Assembly: GCA_965198115.1 (NCBI GenBank)
Contig: OZ240241.1
Location: forward strand, 1,504,001 to 1,568,000
Origin: Candidatus Latescibacterota bacterium
GTDB taxonomy: Bacteria; Latescibacterota; UBA2968
Direction: 5' to 3'
DNA length: 64,000 bases
In this document: positions 21,894 to 33,476 of the stretch, piece by piece
Numbering within the stretch: the first letter of the stretch is position 1
How the letters are laid out: each line of letters opens with the position of its first letter
Program-made: the position numbers and the translations under genes
The notes under the pieces: generated by a model
Seen by the model: the letters and a program-made list of their open reading frames with translations, nothing else
What the model was told of the DNA's origin: nothing
Databases searched by the model: none

Positions 21894-22351
21894 GACGCGA
21901 GCTCCGCTGCTGCCCGACGAATCGCCCTGATAATCCGCCAATGGGCCCCGCACCGACAGACGTGCACCTCGAGCGCACGCCGGATCTGTGCATCGGTCGG
22001 ATCGGGTGTCGTGTCGAGCAGAGCCTTGGCCGCCACGATCAGGCCTGACGAACAGAAGCCACACTGGGCCGCCTGTTCTTCGATAAAAGCGGTCTGTAAC
22101 GGATGAGGGCTGTCAGGCTGACCGATACCTTCGATCGTGGTCACGTCGCGATCCCCGATTTCTCCGATCGTCAACCGGCACGATGGTACGTCCTCGCCAT
22201 CGATCAGAACCTTACAGGCGCCGCACTGCTCGAGGCCGCACCCGAAACGCGTACCGACAAGATCCAGATCATTCCGAAGTACATAGAGCAGCGGCGTATC
22301 GGGTGCCGCATCGACGCGCCGGACTTCACCGTTGATCCTCAATCCAACCAA
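21890..22351 (-). CDS. (2Fe-2S)-binding small subunit of Mo-hydroxylase
   Basis: FGCGLEQCGAC, QCGFC, CRCG. Confidence 0.95.
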   Translation of the reverse strand: MVGLRINGEVRRVDAAPDTPLLYVLRNDLDLVGTRFGCGLEQCGACKVLIDGEDVPSCRLTIGEIGDRDVTTIEGIGQPDSPHPLQTAFIEEQAAQCGFCSSGLIVAAKALLDTTPDPTDAQIRRALEVHVCRCGAHWRIIRAIRRAAAELAS

Positions 22352-23393
22352 GTTTCTGAATCCTCCATCCTGTTCAGCAAAATCCTTCTACAAACGGCGC
22401 GGACGCTACATATTCCTGACGAAATGGGCCACGAACCAGAACCCGAACCAAGAAATCCGCCAACAGCGAACGCATCGCCGCCTGAAGGAGGCACGGATGA
22501 TCGGATACGATCCCGACAGTCATTTCCCGCGCATCGGGGACACGACCCAGGTATTCCTGAACGATGATATGATCACGTGGGTGCAGAACGTCAAGCGGAC
22601 GTTTCACAAAGCAAGGCCCCACGAATCCAACCCAGTGATAGTCAAGGATCGACCGTGGGAAGAGATGCTCTACTTCACGACCTGCTATTCGATCATCAAG
22701 GACGACGATGGGTCTTTCAAGCTCTGGTATTCCGACTTTGTCGTGTCTCCACCCTGCGATCGACCTCTCCCGATCTACAGCCCGCCGGCGTGGTCGTCGC
22801 CCATGTGCTATGCCGTGTCCGAAGACGGTCTGCATTTCGACAAGACACCCCTCGGCCAGGTCACGATCGGCGGCGAAGACACCAACGTCATCGAATGGAA
22901 AGAGGACGTGGATGTCGGTGTGGCTTATTCGGTCATCAGGGACCCCACCGAAACCGACCCGGCTCGCCGTCTGAAGATGACGTACCTGCCCGTCAAGCTG
23001 AACGGGAACGATCGACCGTGGCCAACGCGGACGAGGTGGGACTGTCTCTGGCCCATTCCGGTGACGGAGTCAACTGGACGAGCCATTCCGACAACCCGGT
23101 CGAGCTCGTATGGGGCAGCGACGTCCAGATGCTGTCCTACAATCCGAAGGCCGAACGCTACGTCATCTACGGCCACAGCCACTACACCGCCGAGAGTGGC
23201 AACCCGAGAGTCGATCAGTGGTTTTCGCGATACTATCCAGATCAGCCTTACGGATGGGTCCCGAAGAGGGTCGTTTATCGCATCGAGAGCGAGGATCTCG
23301 TCCACTGGTCCGAGGCAAAGCGGGTTCTCGCCCCCGGGACGTTCCACAACCTCGACGATCAGTTCTACGGTCTACCCACGTTCGAGATGGGAA

Positions 23394-24034
23394 GTCATGA
23401 CCTCCGGCAAAGCCGGAGGCTTGAAAACTTGTGAACCGCTCAAAGCGGTTGGAAACCAAGCGCCACCTAAAGGTGGCGATTACCTGAAAATGTTGAGCTG
23501 GTCGAGACGCCGGTCCTCCCGCTCCTGGTTCTGGATATACTCCCGAACCGTCTGTTCATCCTTGCCAACGGTGGAGACCCAGTAGCCTCTTGCCCAGAAA
23601 TGCTGCCCGGTGAAGTTCGACCTGCGTCCCAGATAGTTCCGAGCAATGTGAATCGCACTCTTTCCTTTGATGAACCCTACCGTCTGAGCTACTGAGTGCT
23701 TCGGCGGGATCGAAATCAACGTGTGCACATGGTCGGATCGCAGGTGACCCTCTTCCACACGGCATTCCTTCTGTGCGGCCAGATCCCGAATCACCTCGCC
23801 CAGATAGCGACGAATTTCACCATACAACACTTTTCTACGATACTTCCGAACCCAAACAACGTCATACTTGCACTCCCATACCGTGTGACGTAGACTCCTT
23901 ACGTTGTTCATTAGAGAGCCTTCCTTCCGTGTGCTTTGAGCGGTCCACGGCAAGGGAGGCTCTTACATATTTCTGGAACTGTCAAACTCTGGGAGTCTCC
24001 CCGGCAGAGCCGGGGGCTTACCAAGGTTTAGTTA
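23394..24034 (-). mobile_element. tnpA: IS200/IS605-family element copy 2 with intact tnpA (23480-23911)
   Basis: Y1 transposase: KYRRKVLYG, DHVH, FWARGY.VSTVG, EYIQNQ; terminal hairpins; no TSD. Confidence 0.92.
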
Positions 24035-24421
24035 CACGTGTGGTCTGCTGCCGGTCCTGCACGGTGTCGACAACACAGTCGACTCCGAGCTCATCTACGG
24101 CAAGGACGGTGTGGAATGGAACCATTTCCCTCTGGCGGGTCCCCTGATCGAGCGAGGCAGCGAAGGCAGTTGGGACGAACACATGATCACGACCGCCGCG
24201 CCGCCGATTCGCGTCGGTGATGAGCTCTACATTTACTACAGCGGCTCGGCGTCCCATCACGACTGGTGGGCGTTCGGAAAGCAGGAACTCGACACACCGG
24301 AAGCCGAACCAGACTATCGAGCCCGCCACGGGCTGGGGTTGGCCACGATCCGAGCCGATGGATTCGTCTCGCTCGATGCCGGCATTCGGGAGGGCGCCAT
24401 CTGCACGAAGCCCTTCTTTTC

Positions 24422-25841
24422 GGCTATATCCGGATCTCTCAACGAGATGAAGTGGGTGAAGGTGCCGTGGTTCCTGGCATGGGGGCGCGGTTAGAGTGTG
24501 CGGAACCTCTTCGGAATCTGCTCAGGGATGTTTATGTCTCCGACGGTAAGGAAGATCATATCGTTGAATGCGTCGAGTGTGCGGAATCCGCTGGCTCGGT
24601 TCTTGACGATTTGGACGATTCGGTTGAGGCCTTCGGCGATGGCGTTGGTAAGACGCGTGTTCACGAATGCGAGGACGCCGAAGAAGTGCTGTCGCAGGGT
24701 CCTGACGAACTTTCGCAGGGGTTCAAGTCGACTTCTGAGTGCGGACGTCGTCCAGCATTTCAGGAAGCGTTCGGCAGCCCAGGGCGCTTTGTATTCCCAG
24801 AACTGCTCGAACTCGTCCTTGAGTCTCCAGGCTCTATAGATTCGGTAGTTCGCCTTCTCCAGTGCTTTGAGTGTCCGAGTATCCCCTCTGGAGCGTGTCG
24901 CTGAGTGCCGGTAGAGGAGCCATCGGAGGCCCTTCATGGCTTTGCGCTCATCCGGGGCAGCTTTACGCCACTGGTCCTTACGGACCTCGTCAACGGCGAC
25001 ATTGAGAGCCTTGACGATGTGAAAGCGATCGAGGACCAGCTTGGCATTCGGACAGTGTTCCTGGATGGCTCCGATGTAAGCTTCGCTCATGTCGCAGCAG
25101 GCCCACTCGATCTTGGATCTCCGGTAGGGACTGAGAGCCTCTGTGAAGAACCGATCGATCGTTTTACGCGCCCTGCCGCGGCCAACCCACACCACGCAGG
25201 AGCGGTCCAGATCGTAAACGAGCGTGGCGTACCTGTGACGCTTGGCGTAGGAGATCTCGTCGATCCCGATGGTTTTGAGCCCTCGGATACGATGACCTTC
25301 ACGAAGCCGCGTGATGGATCGGTGAAGGAGATCCGACAGCGTCGAGGCAGAGATGCGCAGTAACTCGGACGCCGCCTTCTGCGTCATGGTCTGGCAGTAG
25401 CGCAGCATGGCATACTCGAAGCGATACGTCACCCGAGAGAACCGCTCCGCCCACGGAATCTCCTCGACCACACGACCGTGGGTAGGACACCGAATCTCCC
25501 GAGGATGGTAGAGAAGCCAGACCCTCCACCCGCACACCGGAATGTCACGCCACCGACGCGGATGGGGCATTGTGCGGACGATTTTACCTCGACGGCCGCA
25601 CTCCGGACAACAACAACCATTCTTATGTGGCTTTACGGCGATGACGAAGCAGCTTCTCCCCTCAAACCACCAGCTGACAACACGGAACCCCTTGAATCTC
25701 AGCAGTTTCGATAGTAATCTGCTCCCGGTCATAGGTCGCACCCCCTTCGCTTTGATTGTCCTACACACACAACCAAGCGTAGGGAACGATCTATGACCTT
25801 GTCATTCTATAGTTTCACCGTTGAGAAACCCGGATAGAGCC
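24422..25841 (-). mobile_element. ISL3-family IS copy 3
   Basis: same IRs; perfect 8-bp TSD ttcttttc (24414-24421, 25842-25849). Confidence 0.95.
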
Positions 25842-26110
25842 TTCTTTTCACGTGGAGCGAAACTTCATATCAACGGCAGGTGCGATAAGAACGGGTACAT
25901 CCTGGCAGAGATCAGGGACATCTTCGATGAGCCCTGGGAGGGATTCGGCAGAGAAGATTGCGTCGCATTCGAGGGGGACGCCGTCGACCACGCGTTCGAG
26001 TGGCGAGGCAGCAACGACATCAACATGGTTCCCGGCTACACACGCATCTGCTTCCACCTGAAGAACGCCCAGCTGTTTTCGTTTCGCATTTCCGACGATT
26101 AAGCCCTCGT

Positions 26111-26899
26111 CTACCGACCATCGTAGGGTTCGAATCCCAACTCGCAAAGCCTGGAAACCATGTTCCGGAGTCTGGGTCGGTCGCTGTCGATGTAGGTCGG
26201 GGGCGGCATGAACGCCCGGTTGGTGGGCCGGTCGTAGAGACCTCTTACGAAAGACACCTGCTCGTCCGAAACGGGGTTGGCGGCGAAGTTGATGGCCAGC
26301 TGAGCACGCCCCGACCCGCCGTGAAAAGCAGCGTGGAAAATTTCCTCGGGGAAGACCACCACATCCCCCGGCCTCGACTCGATCACGTGACCGTAGAGCT
26401 CGGGACCCGTCAACCCGAACGGGCGATAACTTTGATCGAAATACTGTTTCTTGAGGGGTTTGAGCGTATCGACGAAGGGCGAGACGTGAGATCCCGGAAT
26501 GATCCGCAGACAACCGCTGTCCGCCGCCAGAGGTTCGAGATACAACGCGATTTTGATGTTCCGCAGAATACAGAACCGATCGTCTCCCCCGTGCCACTGC
26601 GTATCTTCCGCGAATAGGTGGCCCTCGGTGCCGTCGAGGATGTAGTCTTCTCCCAACAGGTCGGAGGCGATCCCGTGAATGCGGTCATCGTCCACCACAC
26701 TGTCCAGGAACGGTCGCCTCAGGAACAGATGCGTGACTGTCTGACGTTCGAGCCCCGTGAAGGGGCGGCCCTCCCTGTCTTCCAAGAAAACGTCATAGGC
26801 CTCCTGCTTCATCCGGCACATTTCCTCGTCATCGAAGAGTCGACGAAGAACGAGGAATCCGAAAACTTCGAAATGGCGCTTCTGTTCAGGACTCAGCAT
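26111..26899 (-). CDS. PhyH family Fe/2OG dioxygenase
   Basis: FEVFGFLVLR, QWHGGD, GCLRIIPGSH, PGDVVVF...FHA. Confidence 0.85.
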   Translation of the reverse strand: MLSPEQKRHFEVFGFLVLRRLFDDEEMCRMKQEAYDVFLEDREGRPFTGLERQTVTHLFLRRPFLDSVVDDDRIHGIASDLLGEDYILDGTEGHLFAEDTQWHGGDDRFCILRNIKIALYLEPLAADSGCLRIIPGSHVSPFVDTLKPLKKQYFDQSYRPFGLTGPELYGHVIESRPGDVVVFPEEIFHAAFHGGSGRAQLAINFAANPVSDEQVSFVRGLYDRPTNRAFMPPPTYIDSDRPRLRNMVSRLCELGFEPYDGR

Positions 26900-26915
26900 C
26901 CGCCCACCCTTCGCG

Positions 26916-29342
26916 TCAGGAGACCTCCACGGGCTGTCCCGACCGCGCCGATTCGTAAATCTTCTCGAGCAGGGCAACCGTCCGCCGACCTTCGTGACCG
27001 TCGACAGCGAGTGGTGTTCCTTCCGTCAGGGCACTCACCACGTCCTCGATGATACTGGCACGGGGAGTATCGAACCCGGCCAGCTTGGCTTCGATCCCTT
27101 CTCCGAACACGCGCATCTTCCCGTTCAGCACATCGTCGATCAGGACGCCGCCCGACGTACCGTGGACCTCCGCGCTGAAGTAGACGCTCTCGCTAAAGGT
27201 CGTCGTGCCCAGCACAGTGCCCTTCGCGCCGCCCTCGAAGTTCACGATGGCCAGACCGATGTCCTCGGTCTCGATGTCGTGGGCCACGATCGCGGCTTCT
27301 CCGTAGACCCGTACCGGATCGCCCATGAACCAGCTCAGGACGTCCAGCAGGTGGGCTCCCTGATTGGCCAAAGATCCTCCACCGTCCATGGCCCATGTTC
27401 CCCGCCACCCCGTGCCGTGCTCGAAATAGGATTGCGGTCGGTGCCATTTGAACCGAACCTCACCCAGTATCGGCTGGCCGAATACACCGGCCTTCAGGCC
27501 CTCGGCCACCTTCACGTTGGCGTCGACATACCGGCTCTGGTAGTCAACCGCGCACATTACGCCGGCGTCCTCACACGCTCTAATCAGGCTCTATCCGGGT
27601 TTCTCAACGGTGAAACTATAGAATGATAAGGTCATAGATCGTTCCCTACGCTTGGTTGTGTGTGTAGGACAATCAAAGCGAAGGGGGTGCGACCTATGAC
27701 CGGGAGCAGATTACTATCGAAACTGCTGAGATTCAAGGGGTTCCGTGTTGTCAGCTGGTGGTTTGAGGGGAGAAGCTGTTTCGTCATCGCCGTAAAGCCA
27801 CATAAGAATGGTTGTTGTTGTCCGGAGTGCGGCCGTCGAGGTAAAATCGTCCGCACAATGCCCCATCCGCGTCGGTGGCGTGACATTCCGGTGTGCGGGT
27901 GGAGGGTCTGGCTTCTCTACCATCCTCGGGAGATTCGGTGTCCTACCCACGGTCGTGTGGTCGAGGAGATTCCGTGGGCGGAGCGGTTCTCTCGGGTGAC
28001 GTATCGCTTCGAGTATGCCATGCTGCGCTACTGCCAGACCATGACGCAGAAGGCGGCGTCCGAGTTACTGCGCATCTCTGCCTCGACGCTGTCGGATCTC
28101 CTTCACCGATCCATCACGCGGCTTCGTGAAGGTCATCGTATCCGAGGGCTCAAAACCATCGGGATCGACGAGATCTCCTACGCCAAGCGTCACAGGTACG
28201 CCACGCTCGTTTACGATCTGGACCGCTTCTGCGTGGTGTGGGTTGGCCGCGGCAGGGCGCGTAAAACGATCGATCGGTTCTTCACAGAGGCTCTCAGTCC
28301 CTACCGGAGATCCAAGATCGAGTGGGCCTGCTGCGACATGAGCGAAGCTTACATCGGAGCCATCCAGGAACACTGTCCGAATGCCAAGCTGGTCCTCGAT
28401 CGCTTTCACATCGTCAAGGCTCTCAATGCCGCCGTTGACGAGGTCCGTAAGGACCAGTGGCGTAAAGCTGCCCCGGATGAGCGCAAAGCCATGAAGGGCC
28501 TCCGATGGCTCCTCTACCGGCACTCAGCGACACGCTCCAGAGGGGATACTCGGACACTCAAAGCACTGGAGAAGGCGAACTACCGAATCTATAGAGCCTG
28601 GAGACTCAAGGACGAGTTCGAGCAGTTCTGGGAATACAAAGCGCCCTGGGCTGCCGAACGCTTCCTGAAATGCTGGACGACGTCCGCACTCAGAAGTCGA
28701 CGTGAACCCCTGCGAAAGTTCGTCAGGACCCTGCGACAGCACTTCTTCGGCGTCCTCGCATTCGTGAACACGCGTCTTACCAACGCCATCGCCGAAGGCC
28801 TCAACCGAATCGTCCAAATCGTCAAGAACCGAGCCAGCGGATTCCGCACACTCGACGCATTCAACGATATGATCTTCCTTACCGTCGGAGACCTAAACAT
28901 CCCTGAGCAGATTCCGAAGAGGTTCCGCACACTCTAACCGCGCCCCCATGCCAGGAACCACGGCACCTTCACCCACTTCATCTCGTTGAGAGATCCGGAT
29001 ATAGCCTCTAATCAGGCGATCGCACGCCTCGGTTGATACATCCATCGGTTTCGTCGTGACGACGTGCTTGCCCGCGGCGGCCACGCGACATCCCACGTCG
29101 GCGTGCGAACCACTCGGTGTCATCACCATGATCACATCGACGTCGTCGCGGGCGAGTACGTGGTCGATGTTCGTGAGCCACTCCGTTTCCATCTCCGTCC
29201 CGACCGATTCCGCCAGCGATGCGTCCAGATCCACGACGGCGCGAAGCTCCGCACCCTCCGTGTCGATGATCGTACGGGCTCGGTTCTTTCCCATGCCCAG
29301 CCCGACGACTGCGAATCCTATCACTCTATCCTCCTTGGCCAT
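26916..29342 (-). pseudogene. Gfo/Idh/MocA oxidoreductase interrupted by ISL3 copy 4
   Basis: VVGLGMG, TTKPM upstream; WRGTWAMDGGGSLANQGAH downstream. Confidence 0.9.
27587..29006 (+). mobile_element. ISL3-family IS copy 4 (transposase ~27696-28937)
   Basis: same IRs; perfect 8-bp TSD tctaatca (27579-27586, 29007-29014). Confidence 0.95.
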
Positions 29343-29354
29343 TTCGGGAACCGC

Positions 29355-29525
29355 CTATGAAGCCGGCACGGCCTCTGCGAGACGTTCCGCGTCGCCCTGT
29401 TCTCGTTTCAACATCCCTTCGGGGTCGACCCACTGGCTGACGACCAGCGAGACGACGGCGAGCGCCGCCCCCGCGAAGAAGATGACCTGATATCCAAAGA
29501 AGTGCCACGCGTAGCCTCCGATTAG
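29355..29525 (-). pseudogene. C-terminal fragment of an MFS-type transporter, cut off by IS1380
   Basis: manual translation LIGGYAWHFFGYQVIFFAGAALAVVSLVVSQW...*, typical MFS TM11-12. Confidence 0.65.
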
Positions 29526-31154
29526 CCTGAATTATGCATAAAAAAGGTAGTCTCCTTGTACAAGTGTTTGTTTTTCCCTACATTAGGGCTGACACATCAA
29601 AACAACACTTGGAAGGAACTACCGTGATAGAACCTAGTCAGATCCGGTTACCATTCGCAAGCATTTCGGGCAAGGTAGTTGAGGCTGATTTTGCCGGTGG
29701 CGCCGTCAGGAGTGACGGTGGAGTTCTGTTGCTTCGCGCCCTTGAGTCTCAGATGGGATTGATCGCCAGAATGGTAGATGCTTTGCGAGATCGTCGTCAC
29801 CCAAGCTATATCGATCACACGCTTTTGGATCTTGTGAAGCAGCGTGTTTTTCAGATCGCTTGCGGCTATGAAGATGCCGTCGATTGTGATGATTTGCGCC
29901 ACGATCCGGGCGTCAAGGCTGCCTGCGATCGGCTTCCTCTTTCCGGTCCTGATCTCGGGAGCCAATCAACGATGACACGACTTGAGAATGATGTGCGACG
30001 CTCGGATTTGTATCGGCTCGCACGGGCTTTTGTAGACGGGTTCATCGCATCGTATGACCAGGCACCCCCAAGCATCATTCTCGATATCGACGACACGGAT
30101 GACCCAACGCACGGTGCGCAACAATTTTCACTCTTCAACGCGTATTACAATGAACACTGCTATATGCCGCTACATATCTATGAAGGCCAAAGCGGCAAGC
30201 TCATTACGACGATCTTGAGACCCGGGCATCCGACGAACGGTAAACAGGTCGTTTCTATTCTCAAGCGCTTGGTGGAACACCTACGCGGATCTTGGCCAAA
30301 CGTGGAGATCATCGTTCGCGCAGACTCAAAGTTCAGCTCACCAGAGATGCACGATTTCTGCGAAGACAACGGTATCTACTACGTTCTGGGCCAGGGCGCC
30401 AACTCCAAGCTCAAAGCGGCTGGACAAAACCTGATGGACCAAGCGCTACGTCTGAGCGAGCATAAGGAGACGATTCGCTTGTTCTCATCCTTCTCATATC
30501 AGGCTGGCACCTACCGGCAGCCTCGCCGGATCATTCACAAGGCTGAAGTCACAAACGGCGAAGCAAATCCAAGATACCGCGTGACCAATTTACAGAGTAA
30601 TCGAGACGGCTTTATCTATGATCGTATCTACTGCGCAAGGGGACGCACGGAAGGCTTCATCAAGGACCACAAAACATTCCTTCACTCCGATCGAACATCG
30701 TGCCACAAGTTTGAAGCCAACCAGTTCCGACTCTTTCTACACAGTGCTGCATACGCCTTGCTTCACGCACTCCGATCACAGGGACTCAAGGGCACCGCGT
30801 GGACCAAACCTCAGGTCAACACGATACAGAACCGTTTCCTCAAAATCGGCGCGAGAGTCATTGAAAGCGCACGAAGAATCCGATTCCATTTTCCAACATC
30901 GTATCCACTCAAAAACGTCTTGGTGTCAATCATCACCAGGCTCGAAACGAACACGCAGTAACAACGCCGATCTATACCGGGGACAGCTATGTACACGTCG
31001 CAAAACAACACCTGTTCCGGACGAAAATCGTGACTCTTGCGACTCGTAGAGACCGCTTACGGGACCTTGGACATCCGAAGAAGCCGAGAACAAATCCTGT
31101 GCGTGATCACATCACTCCAAAACAACCTAAACTCAAATTCATGCATGATTCAGG
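29526..31154 (+). mobile_element. IS1380-family IS (transposase ~29624-30961)
   Basis: IRs cctgaattatgcat / atgcatgattcagg; SDGG.LL, GYED..D, LDID.TDD..HG.Q, VRADS.F, Y..RG..E..IK. Confidence 0.95.
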
Positions 31155-31163
31155 CTAAGACGA

Positions 31164-31206
31164 TTAACACGGATTTAACTTGGATTTAACTTGTAACATC
31201 TAATAC
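31164..31206 (+). promoter_or_regulatory. putative nitrogen-regulator binding site upstream of glnK-amtB
   Basis: TTAAC x3 with 11-bp period (31164, 31175, 31186), then GTA-N8-TAC at 31193-31206. Confidence 0.45.
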
Positions 31207-31251
31207 GAGCGGCCTATTTTCTGGCCCAATCAGAAGTCACACGGGATGTAA

Positions 31252-31626
<375 letters not shown>

Positions 31627-31659
31627 CCCACACGCATACCGACAGAGAAAGGATTTGCC

Positions 31660-32973
31660 ATGAAGTCCCTGTTCTCCCGGCTCGCTGTAATCAGCCTGAT
31701 CTTTCTACCGACCCGCGCTTTCGCCGACGAGCTGAACTCGGGCGATACAGCGTGGATGCTCACATCGACCGCGCTCGTCCTGTTCATGACTATTCCTGGA
31801 CTGGCCCTCTTCTATGGCGGCCTCGTCCGCGTAAAGAACGTCCTGTCCGTGCTGATGCAATGCTTCGCACTCACGGCTCTGATGACGATTGTATGGATCG
31901 TCGTCGGCTACAGCATCGCCTTCGATACGACAGGAATGGAAGCGGGTGTCATGAACTTCGCTTCATTCGCCGGAAGTTTGAACACAGCTTTTCTGTCCGG
32001 CGTCACACGCGACAGCCTTTCGGGGACGATTCCCGAAACCGTGTTCATCACGTTTCAGATGACCTTCGCGATCATCACCCCGGCTCTCATCGCCGGCGCG
32101 TTCGCGGAGCGAATGAAGTTTTCCGCGATGCTGCTCTTTATGGCCCTGTGGTCGATCGTCGTCTACGCACCCATCTGCCACATGGCTTGGTCAGGCGACG
32201 GATCCTACTTCGGTGACCATCTGGCGGTACTCGATTTTGCCGGCGGCACGGTCGTCCACATCAACGCCGGCATCGCTGCCCTCGTCGCCGCCATCCTGAT
32301 CGGCAAGCGGCAAGGTTTCCCACAGACCCCCATGCCTCCCCACAGCCTCACGCTGACCGTCGTGGGCGCCTCTATGCTCTGGGTCGGCTGGTTCGGCTTC
32401 AATGCAGGTAGCGCCGTCGCCGCCGACGGCAACGCCGGTATGGCCATGCTGGTGACGCAGATCTCCACCGCCGCGGCCACCCTCGCCTGGATGCTGGTCG
32501 AATGGGGCAAACACGGCAAGCCAAGCATACTGGGTGCGGCGACGGGTGCGGTCGCGGGCCTCGTGGCCATCACACCGGCATCAGGATCAGCCGGACCCAT
32601 AGGCGCTTTGATCATCGGCATCGCCTCCGGCGTGATCTGCTTCTGGGGGGCGACGTCGCTCAAGCAGAAACTCGGCTACGATGACTCTCTCGATGCCTTC
32701 GGTGTTCACGGAATCGGCGGGATCGTCGGAGCCTTCCTGACCGGCATCTGCGCCTCCGAAAGCCTGGGAGGGGCTGGCTTTGCGGCCGCCTCGATGGGCG
32801 CGCAGCTGAAGGGTCAGGTCATCAGTATTGTCTTCACCGTCGTCTACAGCGGTATTCTCTCACTCATCCTGCTCAAGATCGTGGACGCCATCGTCGGCTT
32901 GCGCGTTTCACAGGATGAAGAGGTCGGCGGCCTCGACATTGCCCTGCACGACGAACGCGGCTACAACATGTAA
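31660..32973 (+). CDS. amtB: ammonium transporter
   Basis: PGLALFYGG, FQMTFAIIT, DFAGGTVVH, LWVGWFGFNAGS, DDSLDAFGVHG. Confidence 0.97.
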   Translation: MKSLFSRLAVISLIFLPTRAFADELNSGDTAWMLTSTALVLFMTIPGLALFYGGLVRVKNVLSVLMQCFALTALMTIVWIVVGYSIAFDTTGMEAGVMNFASFAGSLNTAFLSGVTRDSLSGTIPETVFITFQMTFAIITPALIAGAFAERMKFSAMLLFMALWSIVVYAPICHMAWSGDGSYFGDHLAVLDFAGGTVVHINAGIAALVAAILIGKRQGFPQTPMPPHSLTLTVVGASMLWVGWFGFNAGSAVAADGNAGMAMLVTQISTAAATLAWMLVEWGKHGKPSILGAATGAVAGLVAITPASGSAGPIGALIIGIASGVICFWGATSLKQKLGYDDSLDAFGVHGIGGIVGAFLTGICASESLGGAGFAAASMGAQLKGQVISIVFTVVYSGILSLILLKIVDAIVGLRVSQDEEVGGLDIALHDERGYNM

Positions 32974-33002
32974 GATCAGACGATATCCCAGCCCCAGAAG
33001 AC

Positions 33003-33044
33003 GAGACGGGAGATCGAACAACGGTTCGGTCTCCCGTTTCTTTC
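33003..33044 (+). terminator. rho-independent terminator after amtB
   Basis: gagacgggagatcgaac...gttcggtctcccgtttc stem followed by a T-rich tail. Confidence 0.65.
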
Positions 33045-33476
33045 ATGCCCACTTCTCGCTTGCTCGGACCATCATGGTCGATTACCTAACAGCCGCGCGA
33101 ATCAGACTTCCTCTGCAGGCTAATTCGAAGGGCGAGAGGTGGCCAATACAACCAATCGGGACGCTTCGACTTCCGGCCTCTCGTCTTTAACCTGGCGCGG
33201 GGTCGATGTTTTCATTCTCGTCGCCTACCTGTTCATGACCCTCCTCTTCAGCCAACTCGGGTATCTGGATCGTCCTGGCGACCGTATCCGTGGTGGTGAC
33301 AGCGATCATTACTTCGTCTACCTCCCCGCCCTTCTCCTGAATGGCGATCTTGACTTTTCACACCTCATCAGGGATCTCGGCGGCGACAACGCGTACCTCT
33401 TTCCCTCGGACACCGACAGAGCTGGCAACCCTTACTCAATAGGCCCTGCCGTACTGTGGGCTCCGTTTTTCCTGAT

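Larger units (their letters stand above)
22497..26102 (+). pseudogene. beta-propeller glycoside hydrolase-like protein disrupted by IS200 and ISL3
   Basis: NPVI..DRPWE, CYAVSEDGLHFDK, SGDGVNW, SEDLVHW, RADGFVSLDAG; frame restores across both insertions; extra frameshift near 23020. Confidence 0.75.

Noticed and set aside
1654-29525. Inversion between the two inverted IS1380 copies
   Set aside because: Swapped flanks do not give a matching TSD (ctag versus ctaa) and do not restore the DUF899 gene
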